From an uncultured Candidatus Saccharibacteria bacterium (GTDB taxonomy: Bacteria > Patescibacteriota > Minisyncoccia > Ryanbacterales > 2-02-FULL-48-12), in assembly GCA_964479945.1 (NCBI GenBank), contig CAYZNS010000001.1:11493-75492 (forward strand): a stretch of 64,000 nt of DNA, given 5' to 3'. The notes below the pieces were generated by a model. That model did no database searches and was not told where the DNA came from. It saw nothing but the letters and a program-made list of their open reading frames with translations. Positions 19,760 through 29,103 of this stretch are shown piece after piece. Position 1 is the first letter of the stretch; each line of letters begins with the position of its first letter. The position numbers and the translations under genes were made by a program.

Positions 19760-19917
19760 CAAAAATTATTCTAATTGCTCTAATTATTCTAATTGACCTA
19801 AGGAATGCCAAAATTCCAATACCCAATCATCAACATAATTTCTTTTGTGATTTAAGTCATTCGGTCATTGGGATTTCCTTAGAATAATTAGGTCAATTAG
19901 GGTAATTAGAATAATTT
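19760..19917 (+). mobile_element. MITE-like element, copy A (~160 bp, ~45-nt imperfect terminal inverted repeats)
   Basis: AAATTATTCTAATTGCTCTAATTATTCTAATTGACCTAAGG ... CCTTAGAATAATTAGGTCAATTAGGGTAATTAGAATAATTT. Near-identical copies at 34090-34247 and 47641-47797 (opposite orientation) and 43136-43599 (long form). Confidence 0.7.
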
Positions 19918-19918
19918 G

Positions 19919-22231
19919 TTATAGTGTTTCCAAAAAAGCATCCACTTCACTCTTCCTCCCCGGATCAAGCTGTAACACCTTCCTTGCCGCTTCCCGCGCA
20001 TGTTCCGTCTCTCCCGCTTTTTGATATAACGCCGCCAGATGCGCATAGTATACCGCCCGCTGCCGCGGCGTCAACTCGCTCGGACCCGATTCAATAGCCC
20101 GGACAATTTCCTCCTGTACGCGCACGGCGTCAGAAAACCGCTCCCGCTTATAATACGCATCGCGCAATCCTTCCTGTCGAAGGCCGCCATGCATTTGAAA
20201 CCACTCTTTTTGAATTTTTTCGCGCTCCTCATTGCCGGTTTCTATAGCAAGTACCGCGGCATTGAGATGACCAAATTCAAATTCTGGCAACGTCTGCAAT
20301 ATATAATCAAGATATTCCCAAGCTCCCGCAACATCACCCTGCACCTTGCGCGCTTGGGCAAGCTCCAAGTAAATCTGTGGCCGCCCGGGGGACATTTCTT
20401 TCGCGCGGAGAAAATCCTCTTCCGCTTTGCGGGCAAGCGCGGCGTCAAATTTCTGCGCCATTAAACTGTACAACTGCCCCCGGTACATCACCCATTTTAC
20501 GTTTCGGGGATCGGCCGCGATATTCTCATCCATTTTTTCTATTGCATACGCCATAAGCCGTGTAAGCGATGCATCCGGCCTGCTGCCGCCCTGTTTTAGG
20601 AACTCAAACACATACTCGGCCGCAAACCGCCGCGCATCTATGGAATACTGCGTGCCATGGGAGATGCTTTTTTCAAATTGAGAAATCGCCGCCGCATCGC
20701 CGCCGCCGGTACGCAGCAACTCCCATCCTCTGTGCGCCGCCGTGTTCGCAAGAAGCGGCTTGAGCGCTATCGCATAGAGCAAAATTAGCGTTCCCGCGCA
20801 TGCGGGGATCCAGTATATAAACGCATGTTTCTGTGAATTACGAAATAGGTGCAGGGTTGTGACTAACCGAGCTCTACACGCGCCGAAGGCAGTGTGGATA
20901 GCCCGGTTCGGCATACCCGGAGTATTGTTGTCATTGCGCGTTCCTGTGTAACCAAGACGCGGCGCGTTGTGTTCTTGTGCATCTATATACCCGAACACAA
21001 ATATAATAATCATGAACGATGTGAGCGTATCAAACGTAAACATGTTCTGCGCAAGATGCGCAATCAGCAAAGAGATCAGCAGAGCCATGCTCCAAAACGG
21101 CATACTTCCCCGTTTCCATGATCGCGCTGCCAGAAAGCCGGCTGCGCCGAACATGCCCAGATACGCAAGCAGACCTAAAACGCCGGAGGTCGATCCCACA
21201 TCAAAAACAACATTGTGCGCGCGATCAAACCACGGCTCCACCGTATAGAGCGCGGGGTCATAATGCGCGTCAAAGAGAACATTGAAATTTTCGGGTCCCC
21301 ACCCCACCATCAAGCGTTCACTCCAGCCTTCCCATGCCACGCGCCAGGCCAGAATGCGCCCCGATGCAGTCCGTTCCTCAATAGTAAAATCAAAAAGACT
21401 CTGAAGCCGCCCAGGCAAAATTTTCTGCGAAACTTGCGGGGCCATGAAAAGAACTGCGGCGCCCAGCACACCAATCACCAAAACCGCGCCCGCAATCCGC
21501 TTGAGCTTCACGTTTGAAAATGAAAGCGTGTTTCCCGTCTTTTCTCCGAAAATTAAAAATAAAATAAGACTCGCGAACAATCCCGTTCCCAGCCCCACAA
21601 TACCTGCCCGCGCTTCGGTAAACACAAGAGCAAACAGCATAAGCAACGCAGCCGCGCCATACATCCATGCGCGCGCGGAGAATTTCTGCTCCCGAAACAA
21701 AAGAAAGAGTGCAAGAAAAAATACTGGGACAAGATACGAAGAGAGATACGCCGCATTCCCTATGGTGGCAACTGCTAAATCTGGCGCGGTAAGCCCCTGC
21801 CAGACGGCATGAATTGCAACAAGTAACCCCGTTCCCGCCGCGCAATGAAAGAGGATATCCCATTCCCGCTCGCGGAGAGCCGCGGAGGAAAGTATGAAAA
21901 ACAGCGCGCCGAGATGCAGCCACGTTATCAAGCCAAACATGCGTTCCGTATCCGACCAGATGCTTTTTCCGGTATCCACGCCAGTAAGCGCCGTGATGCC
22001 GAGAATGCCAAGAAATAACACAACAGCGCCGGCAATCCAAGAAACGCGCAGCCGGTACTCCGGCTTTGAGAACGCCAACAAAAACCACGCCAATAGCGCC
22101 GCATCAACAAGTATGTAAAATGCGATTGTTTTTATAAATGTGTACGGAAAAAACACTCCGCGCCACACGAGAAGCGGGATAAGAATAAAAACGGCCGCGA
22201 GAATCCAAAATAGTATATTACGAATCATCAA
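19919..22231 (-). CDS. O-antigen ligase (Wzy_C)-like polytopic membrane protein with C-terminal TPR repeats
   Basis: More than ten TM helices, ligase-type loop RILAWRVAWEGWSERLMVGWGPENF, and C-terminal TPR-like helical repeats. Confidence 0.7.
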   Translation of the reverse strand: MMIRNILFWILAAVFILIPLLVWRGVFFPYTFIKTIAFYILVDAALLAWFLLAFSKPEYRLRVSWIAGAVVLFLGILGITALTGVDTGKSIWSDTERMFGLITWLHLGALFFILSSAALREREWDILFHCAAGTGLLVAIHAVWQGLTAPDLAVATIGNAAYLSSYLVPVFFLALFLLFREQKFSARAWMYGAAALLMLFALVFTEARAGIVGLGTGLFASLILFLIFGEKTGNTLSFSNVKLKRIAGAVLVIGVLGAAVLFMAPQVSQKILPGRLQSLFDFTIEERTASGRILAWRVAWEGWSERLMVGWGPENFNVLFDAHYDPALYTVEPWFDRAHNVVFDVGSTSGVLGLLAYLGMFGAAGFLAARSWKRGSMPFWSMALLISLLIAHLAQNMFTFDTLTSFMIIIFVFGYIDAQEHNAPRLGYTGTRNDNNTPGMPNRAIHTAFGACRARLVTTLHLFRNSQKHAFIYWIPACAGTLILLYAIALKPLLANTAAHRGWELLRTGGGDAAAISQFEKSISHGTQYSIDARRFAAEYVFEFLKQGGSRPDASLTRLMAYAIEKMDENIAADPRNVKWVMYRGQLYSLMAQKFDAALARKAEEDFLRAKEMSPGRPQIYLELAQARKVQGDVAGAWEYLDYILQTLPEFEFGHLNAAVLAIETGNEEREKIQKEWFQMHGGLRQEGLRDAYYKRERFSDAVRVQEEIVRAIESGPSELTPRQRAVYYAHLAALYQKAGETEHAREAARKVLQLDPGRKSEVDAFLETL

Positions 22232-24503
22232 GTGAGCGTAAAAATTCTTCTACTTCTGGCGCGCGCGCCGGGTCTGCCGCAAGAACCCGTTCCGCATAGC
22301 CGCGCGCCCGTTCCTTGCGTCCCAATTCCGCTTCCATATTTGCCGTGGCAAGCAATAAATCAATATTTGTTGCCGCATCCAGCGTTGGCTGCAAGGAATC
22401 CATAAATTGTCTGCGTCCGGCCGCATCTCCATTCACGGCAAGAGCGCGTTGGATAACAAGCGCGAGTTTTTCCTGCTCAAAGGGTGCCGCACCGGGGAAA
22501 TTTGGCGTATTCCCCATACTGATATATTGCGCAACCTGCCGCGTCGCCTTCTCATAATCGCCTGCCAGTATACTCACGGAAAGAAGACTGTAGATAAACG
22601 GCGTAGGCCGCGTCATCTCTCCATAAATACTATCCATTACTTCAGCCGCATTCTTTGGATCCTGCGCCGCCAAATAGGTTTCCGCCGTGCCTATATACAC
22701 CGGCGGGTAATGAGGCGCCAACTTTCGCGCTTCGTTGTACGCGGCAAGCGATGCATCCCTGCTGCGCTCATCTCCCGTAGCAACAAAATGAAGCTGGTAG
22801 AGCTTTCCTAATGTAATAATCTCGCGAACCGCATGCGGACGCCCGTCAGTCTCTTTCTTTAATTCCTCAATACCTTTTGAAACTAGCATGGTAAAATCCT
22901 GCTGACCGATCCCTTTGGTACGGCTTGCCTGAAACACAACATCCACATAACGTTCCCGCGCTTCGGTAACGCCGAACGTGCCTTCCCGGAGAACGGTGTC
23001 AAATTTAGAATTGACGCTCAGTACTGTTGTGCCCGGCCGCGACGTCTCGCCCAGCATTTCTATAATGCCGCGCGCCACGCGCATGGGAGCGGCATTTGCA
23101 ATGTACGCGGCGCCGATTGCGAGAACCATTATCACCATGCCTGCAACAAGCTTTTGATGAATCGGCGCATACGTATGCTGCATATCAGCCGGTGCGCGCA
23201 TACTTTGCAAAAACGCCAGAAACAACACCAGAAAAAGGTACGTTACAATAGTGTCAAACACAAATGTGTTTTGCGCCAAATACGCGGCGAAAAATCCAGC
23301 CGTCAGCGCCGCCTGCGCCGTATCAAACACATGGCGGCGCCACAGTTGCCAGATGACAATAGCGCTTGCTGTCAAAAGCGCCAGATACGCGGCAAACCCC
23401 AACATGCCGCCGGCAATCAGCCATTCAAAATGCATATTATGCACACGGTCAAACCACGGCTCGTTGCCAAACAAATCCGGATTATAGTATTTCGCATACG
23501 GAATAATGAAATTCCCCGGACCCCATCCCAATAGGGGACGCTCTTTAAGTCCATCCCATGCGATGCCCCATATCATAAAGCGCGATTGTGCCGTCCCCGA
23601 TGCGGGACGAATGTCCGCCATCCGAGCCAAAAGCGCGTTTGATTGGATAAATGCGCTTTCACGAAAGAGAAACAAGGCGCCGGCAAGCATGAGTCCACTT
23701 GCAAGTACTGCGCCGCCCGCCAGACGCACGCGCCGGCTTTCAGAAAGAAACACAAAAAGAAGAAGGGTAACACATGCGCCCGCGAAAAACCCCAGAAGCG
23801 CCCCGCGTGTTTCGGTGAATAGAAAGAGATACAATTGGAAAAGAAAAATAACGCTGTATCCCGCGCGAAGCCAGACATTGCGCGTCCAGGAACATAAGAT
23901 GCCAAGGATAAAGAAATGAAAAAGCAGATATGCCCCAAAGTAAATGGGGTTGCCCAGCCTGGAGAAAATACGCTCACCGGTGGAACCCGGCACTTGTACG
24001 GCTCCCGTCTTTTCCAAAAATCCATAGAACGATACAAAGATGCTCACAAAAACTGATGTGTGAAAAAGCAGCGACCAATCCCAACGCGCGCGAAATACCG
24101 ATGATATCATCAAAAACAATGCAAAGAGATGCAAATACGTTATAAGTCCCTCCATCCGCTCGAAGTTAGACCAGAAACTATGATACGGATCCGCGCCGAA
24201 GACAGTGGCTATCGTAAGTACGGCTATAAACGCCGCGAGCGCCCACAGCACGATACCGCGCCGCGGGCGGTAGTAAGGAAATGCCAGCGCCAGCGCCAGC
24301 CATACACCGAATACGATCTCTGTTAGTATGCGAAAGAAGAAATTTTTTCCGGTTATATAGGGGAAAAACATAGTAGGAGCGACAACGAGAGGCGCGGCAA
24401 ACACCAGCAAAACACCGATCCGCACTCCCCATAGCAGCAGCTTTTCCGTTGTGGAATTCATGGAAATAACTATAGCACATTGTAAAGACATGCAAAATAA
24501 CAT
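22218..24503 (-). CDS. paralogous O-antigen ligase-like / TPR membrane protein
   Basis: Same architecture as the downstream neighbour (RFMIWGIAWDGLKERPLLGWGPGNF, EPWFDRVHN shared motif). Overlaps it by 14 nt. Confidence 0.7.
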   Translation of the reverse strand: MLFCMSLQCAIVISMNSTTEKLLLWGVRIGVLLVFAAPLVVAPTMFFPYITGKNFFFRILTEIVFGVWLALALAFPYYRPRRGIVLWALAAFIAVLTIATVFGADPYHSFWSNFERMEGLITYLHLFALFLMISSVFRARWDWSLLFHTSVFVSIFVSFYGFLEKTGAVQVPGSTGERIFSRLGNPIYFGAYLLFHFFILGILCSWTRNVWLRAGYSVIFLFQLYLFLFTETRGALLGFFAGACVTLLLFVFLSESRRVRLAGGAVLASGLMLAGALFLFRESAFIQSNALLARMADIRPASGTAQSRFMIWGIAWDGLKERPLLGWGPGNFIIPYAKYYNPDLFGNEPWFDRVHNMHFEWLIAGGMLGFAAYLALLTASAIVIWQLWRRHVFDTAQAALTAGFFAAYLAQNTFVFDTIVTYLFLVLFLAFLQSMRAPADMQHTYAPIHQKLVAGMVIMVLAIGAAYIANAAPMRVARGIIEMLGETSRPGTTVLSVNSKFDTVLREGTFGVTEARERYVDVVFQASRTKGIGQQDFTMLVSKGIEELKKETDGRPHAVREIITLGKLYQLHFVATGDERSRDASLAAYNEARKLAPHYPPVYIGTAETYLAAQDPKNAAEVMDSIYGEMTRPTPFIYSLLSVSILAGDYEKATRQVAQYISMGNTPNFPGAAPFEQEKLALVIQRALAVNGDAAGRRQFMDSLQPTLDAATNIDLLLATANMEAELGRKERARGYAERVLAADPARAPEVEEFLRSLDDS

Positions 24504-24517
24504 AACGTACGATATAT

Positions 24518-25903
24518 ATGCCTCAAAAACGCCTTATTACCCTTTCCCTTGCCGTCGGTGATCTTTTTTTTCTCTATGCCGCCCTTGCATTTACGCTTTT
24601 AGCTCGTTACGGCATTGACCTTGCCGAGCCGTGGAAAATCCACAAATTTCCTTTTTTGGCGGTATTTGGCATCTGGATACTCCTCTTTTTTATCGCAGGC
24701 CTCTATGAACAAAATGTATGGAGCGCGGACCGTACGGTAAAGGAACGGATTCTGCGTACCATAGCCGCCGCAGGCTTACTAGCCGTGCTTTTGTTTTATC
24801 TCGTCCCCGCGTTCGTTATTACGCCGAAGACAAATCTTCTTATTGTAATCGCCCTTTCCATGGGGCTGCTTATCGGCTGGCGCATGCTCGCGAGCGCCAT
24901 AATCCGCAACACGTCAAAAACGAACATATTATTTTTTGGCGTTTCCGATGAAGTTATTGCCCTCTCCCGCACGCTTAACAACCATCCGCATCTTGGCTAC
25001 CGCGTTGCGGCGTTGGTACATGCTGAGCCGTCGCCTTCGAAAAACCTACCTCCCTCCGGAATACCAATACTGCCATTTGATGCGGAACTGCCCCGCCTCC
25101 TGCAACATGAAAACATATCGCTGGTGGTCGCCTCCGCGGAAGTGCACTCTAACAAGGAATTCGTTCGCATGCTCTACAACGTGCTTCCGCTCAAGATACG
25201 GTTTATGGACTTTCCCACATTCTACGAGCAGATGACGGGCAAAGTACCTGTTTCCCTTATATCAGAAATATGGTTTTTGGAAAACGTGAGCGAGCGGGAA
25301 AAGCGTGTATTTGAAGTAATCAAACGAAGCTACGATGCATTTGTGGCGCTCCTGCTCTGCCTACCCGTCCTTATTATGACTCCCTTCATTGTGCTTGCCA
25401 TCAAGCTGGATTCGCGCGGGCCGGTATTCATCCGCCAGAAAAGAATTGGCAAAAACGACATTCCCTTTACGATTTATAAATTCCGCTCCATGATCGCCTC
25501 AACCCCCGATGGTCTCGCCGAGGACGGCAAGGCGCGATGGGCAGAGCAAGGTGACGGCCGCATAACGCGCGCCGGCAGGTTTCTTCGGAATAGCCGTCTT
25601 GACGAATTGCCGCAGCTTATAAATATTTTAAAAGGCGAGATGAGTTTCGTGGGGCCGCGCCCGGAACGCCCCGAGTTTATAGAGACGCTCAAAGCGCAAA
25701 TTCCGTTTTACGAGATCCGCCACCTGGTGCGCCCGGGGCTTTCCGGCTGGGCGCAAATCAATTTCCCGTACGGCGCATCCGTGGAAGACGCCATGCAGAA
25801 ATTGCAGTTAGATCTCTACTACATAAAAAACAGGTCCGTCGCCCTGGACCTGAATATAGCGCTCAAAACCATCTGGGTCATTCTCTCGCGGGAAGGAAGG
25901 TAA
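24518..25903 (+). CDS. polyprenyl-phosphate sugar phosphotransferase (WbaP/EpsL-type initiating transferase)
   Basis: C-terminal bacterial sugar transferase domain (KFRSM...DELPQLINILKGEMSFVGPRPERPEF) after four N-terminal TM helices. Confidence 0.85.
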   Translation: MPQKRLITLSLAVGDLFFLYAALAFTLLARYGIDLAEPWKIHKFPFLAVFGIWILLFFIAGLYEQNVWSADRTVKERILRTIAAAGLLAVLLFYLVPAFVITPKTNLLIVIALSMGLLIGWRMLASAIIRNTSKTNILFFGVSDEVIALSRTLNNHPHLGYRVAALVHAEPSPSKNLPPSGIPILPFDAELPRLLQHENISLVVASAEVHSNKEFVRMLYNVLPLKIRFMDFPTFYEQMTGKVPVSLISEIWFLENVSEREKRVFEVIKRSYDAFVALLLCLPVLIMTPFIVLAIKLDSRGPVFIRQKRIGKNDIPFTIYKFRSMIASTPDGLAEDGKARWAEQGDGRITRAGRFLRNSRLDELPQLINILKGEMSFVGPRPERPEFIETLKAQIPFYEIRHLVRPGLSGWAQINFPYGASVEDAMQKLQLDLYYIKNRSVALDLNIALKTIWVILSREGR

Positions 25904-25954
25904 CTCAACAAAAGCCCCTCCGAATTGGAAGGGTTTTTGTTTTCCGCGTGCTGT

Positions 25955-27196
25955 TTAGTATTGCACCGATTGAATCTGTTGCTGGAGAGAATTGATGAGC
26001 GATTGCAAATCCTGAACTTGCTGTTGCAGCGCCGCTTCCTGGCTTGTAGTGCCGCCGCCCATTACCTCGTTCAGCTTTGCCCGTGTCTGCGGACCCACGC
26101 GGCCTACTTGCGCAATACCATAGCGCGCCTGGAACCGCTTAACTGCTGCGGTGGTAAGGGAACCGTAGTACCCGGTAACCTTGCCTTCCGGATACAACTC
26201 CGCATCAGCGGCAAGATACACTTGAAGCTGCGTTACATCATTGCCGGAGTCTCCCGGATCAAGGTCACGGGTAAGCGCGGCTTGCGCTGCCGAAACGGAC
26301 GGAGCGGACGTGCCCGCAACAGGCGCGCTCCCAAACACTTCCGCGAGCTTCGCACGCGTCATGGGACCTACATAGCCATATCCCGGATCAGACGACGAAG
26401 AGACAATACCGTACTTCATCTGAAACTTCGCTACCGCGGTTTTGGTAAGCGCGCCGTAGTAACCCGTAACCAACCCTTCCGGATATACATCCTTCATACT
26501 TGCCAACGCTTCCTGCAACGCGCGCACATCATTCCCTTCTGATCCAAAAGTAAGGCCGCGCGAAAGCGTTGTTATTGCTGGGAACAAGGGGCCGGGCGCT
26601 GTAACTATAACAGAGGGCGCTGTCAATGGACCTGGCCGTCTTAACGGAACTGTCGGAGGCGGTGCGCCTTCCAAGTACTGCGAATCCGTTGTTATTTCTG
26701 TTGCAGTGGTAGTGTCCGTTGCAGTAGTATCTTCTGTTGTAGCAGTTGAATCAGTAGTAGTTGTGGTAGTGGTATCTGTTGAAGTTGAAGGCGATGTCGC
26801 ATTGGATCCCCCGCCGCCTCCGCTGGAACATGCAAAGCCCTCCATCGTTACAATAAAGCTCGTGGCTTTTGACGCATCTAGCGTCAACTCGGAGTTCTCG
26901 CTGTTGCAGACGTGTTTAACGCCATCCACATTCGTATTCATCACCTGCGCATCGCTATCGCGCAAATTAACTGTCTGCGTTCCGGAAAGCGTAAAAGTAA
27001 ACGTATTGCCGCCGATGATAAGCTCGTCAAAACTTGAATTTGCAAGCATTGTTACGTCAGCGCCGTTCGTAGTTTTCAAGGTAACATCCTGGCTTACCGG
27101 TATGGCGAACGCAATCCGCGCGGTGAACAACACAAGCATACCAAACAAAGCGAGCAATGAAGCAAACGGAATATTAATTTTCCTGCTCAATATCAT
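25955..27196 (-). CDS. secreted protein with two PG_binding_1 peptidoglycan-binding domains, a Thr-rich linker and a C-terminal Gln-rich coiled coil
   Basis: Signal peptide, TTTTTTTDSTATTEDTTATDTTTATEITT linker, and two copies of the ...GNDV..LQ..L......YPEG.VTGYYG..T..AV..FQ..YGI motif. Confidence 0.65.
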   Translation of the reverse strand: MILSRKINIPFASLLALFGMLVLFTARIAFAIPVSQDVTLKTTNGADVTMLANSSFDELIIGGNTFTFTLSGTQTVNLRDSDAQVMNTNVDGVKHVCNSENSELTLDASKATSFIVTMEGFACSSGGGGGSNATSPSTSTDTTTTTTTDSTATTEDTTATDTTTATEITTDSQYLEGAPPPTVPLRRPGPLTAPSVIVTAPGPLFPAITTLSRGLTFGSEGNDVRALQEALASMKDVYPEGLVTGYYGALTKTAVAKFQMKYGIVSSSSDPGYGYVGPMTRAKLAEVFGSAPVAGTSAPSVSAAQAALTRDLDPGDSGNDVTQLQVYLAADAELYPEGKVTGYYGSLTTAAVKRFQARYGIAQVGRVGPQTRAKLNEVMGGGTTSQEAALQQQVQDLQSLINSLQQQIQSVQY

Positions 27197-27218
27197 ATAA
27201 TGTGCTTTGGGTTAGCTA

Positions 27219-27911
27219 TTAATCACCTGCGCAGGTGCCTGCTTCCACCAGAACATCATTGCCGTCACCGTTGATCATTATTCGATAGATAAGACCATCA
27301 GAACTCATTTCTATGCAAGAGTTAGCTCCGTTGGCAGCTGCTTCATTCAGTATTTGCAGCGTGGAAGTGCTTGTGTCCCCGGTAGAGAATGTAAACTTTT
27401 TGGTTTCTACCACAAAACCATAATCCGTCGTGGTACCGCCTACAAACAAATTACCATTGCCGAACAAGAACAAGTTGGAACCTACCACAAAAGCGCTATC
27501 AGTTGTGGTAGCGTCTCCCACGCCAAGCCCGCCGGAGACATATAAGTCGCTGGTAGCTCCATGGCGGCCGATAACCACATCGCCGACATTCAAGAACAAA
27601 TCAGACGGCGTTGAAGATCCGAATGAAACAACACCCTTTTGGGAAACAAAGATCGCCGGCGTTGCCGTCGCATTGTCTCCCACCACAAACACCGGACGCA
27701 ATTCACTCTTACCTTCAACCTGATCAACCGCCAAATCGCCCCAGGGCGTGCTAGTTGCCGCGCCCAACGTGCCGGTGGCATCAATGTTGGTACCAATAGT
27801 AGTTCCCCATACGGTAAGGCCAATAAATAAAAACGCTGCCGCCAAAAAAACAGCAACCGCGATAGCCGCCTCGCGACGAGCGCGAGAAAGCGAAGAGAAA
27901 ACATTTGTCAT
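27219..27911 (-). CDS. membrane-anchored hypothetical exported protein (Gly/Thr/Val-rich, beta-rich)
   Basis: N-terminal TM anchor AAIAVAVFLAAAFLFIGLTVW. Low-complexity beta-strand-like repeats. No recognisable domain. Confidence 0.4.
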   Translation of the reverse strand: MTNVFSSLSRARREAAIAVAVFLAAAFLFIGLTVWGTTIGTNIDATGTLGAATSTPWGDLAVDQVEGKSELRPVFVVGDNATATPAIFVSQKGVVSFGSSTPSDLFLNVGDVVIGRHGATSDLYVSGGLGVGDATTTDSAFVVGSNLFLFGNGNLFVGGTTTDYGFVVETKKFTFSTGDTSTSTLQILNEAAANGANSCIEMSSDGLIYRIMINGDGNDVLVEAGTCAGD

Positions 27912-28030
27912 ATAGTCTGCGTTATAATTATAACCAATAAATAAAAGAGGTTTTGTTTCGACTCACCTTTTTAGTATAGCTTTTTATAAAACCTAATGTG
28001 AAATACCCCCCCTAAAGCTGTGGATAAGCT

Positions 28031-29029
28031 TTATATCAAATCAACATTGAGCGCCTCTTCTACAATATATTTCGGGCGCTGTTTTGTTTCCTCAAACATA
28101 ATACTCACGGCTTCCCCCAGAAATGACAAGGCGATTGAATGAAATGTGAGCAGGAATAATACGATAATAGACACCAAAGCGGCAAACCATGATAGCGTGC
28201 CGAAAAATGCGAGAATAATGAATGTTATGGCAAAGAACGGAAATAATATGGCAATCCAAAACGCAACACGTGTAATAAACGCAAACGGAGCTTCGGAAAA
28301 TGAAAATATAAACTTTTTCGCCCACCAAAAATTCTTGGCAAAGCCGGGGTTGGACGTAACGCCGCCTTTTCGATCCTCGCGGTTATATACCACGCCCGTA
28401 TGCCGGAACCCCAGCCATGCGCGGATACCCCTCACAAACCGCGAGCGCTCCGGCAACTTGTTAAACACGTCCGCAACCTGCCGGTCAAGCAGCGAGAAAT
28501 CTCCCGCATCAGCCGGAATATTCAGATAAGAAAGCTTATCAAATAGGCGGTAAAACCCCCGCCGGAACAGCCGCGAGAAAAATGAACCCGTTGAACGCGG
28601 GCGCACGCCATAGACTACTTTAAAGCCTTCCTGCCATTTTTTAATAAACTCCGTAATAACTTCCGGCGGATCTTGGAGATCGGCTTCCATCCAGATTATC
28701 GCATCCCCGCGGGCATACTCCGTGCCTGCCGAATAGCCATACTGCGAATTACCGTAATTGCGCGCAAAAAACAACGCTTTTACATGACCGTCGCGGGCTG
28801 CAAAGTCCCGCAGAAGCTCGCGCGTACGGTCGCGGCTGACGTTATCCACAAAAATAATTTCGTACTGCGGCGCGCTTTCCCGAAGAACTTTTGAAAGCCG
28901 CTGGTACAATTCCGGAATGTTGGATTCTTCGTTGTAGCAGGGGATTACAACGGAGAGCATTTTGTCGGTAAGAAAAGACATAAAAGATAACCCAAAACTC
29001 ATAATGCAAAAGTCAAAACTTAAACTCAA
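28031..29029 (-). CDS. GT2 glycosyltransferase, polyprenol-phosphate hexosyltransferase-like (DPM1/GtrB type) with C-terminal TM helices
   Basis: LSVVIPCYNEESNI...YEIIFVDNVSRDRTRELL...MEADLQDPPE, then two C-terminal TM helices. True start is probably an internal Met. Confidence 0.8.
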   Translation of the reverse strand: MSLSFDFCIMSFGLSFMSFLTDKMLSVVIPCYNEESNIPELYQRLSKVLRESAPQYEIIFVDNVSRDRTRELLRDFAARDGHVKALFFARNYGNSQYGYSAGTEYARGDAIIWMEADLQDPPEVITEFIKKWQEGFKVVYGVRPRSTGSFFSRLFRRGFYRLFDKLSYLNIPADAGDFSLLDRQVADVFNKLPERSRFVRGIRAWLGFRHTGVVYNREDRKGGVTSNPGFAKNFWWAKKFIFSFSEAPFAFITRVAFWIAILFPFFAITFIILAFFGTLSWFAALVSIIVLFLLTFHSIALSFLGEAVSIMFEETKQRPKYIVEEALNVDLI

Positions 29030-29103
29030 AAATAAAAACTAAAAGTTTTAAGTTTGAAGTTTCAGTTTTGCGTTTTGATTTTTGAATTTTGAATTTTGAG
29101 TTT
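29030..29103. terminator. same class (AAAGTCAAAACTTAAACTCAAAAATAAAAACT ... AGTTTTAAGTTTGAAGTTTCAGTTTTGCGTTTTGA)
   Basis: Lies between the DegT gene and the GT2 gene. Confidence 0.55.

Noticed and set aside
19192-19887. 231-aa plus-strand ORF spanning the ugd start and MITE copy A
   Set aside because: It is an antisense shadow of ugd that extends into the repeat element. Its C-terminal peptide ([16 protein letters not shown]...) recurs wherever the MITE occurs, so it reflects the repeat and not a gene.
26700-26830. GTNGTNG low-complexity DNA repeat on the plus strand as a possible non-coding repeat or CRISPR-like array
   Set aside because: It is the antisense of the Thr-codon run (ACN) encoding the Thr-rich linker of the PG-binding protein.
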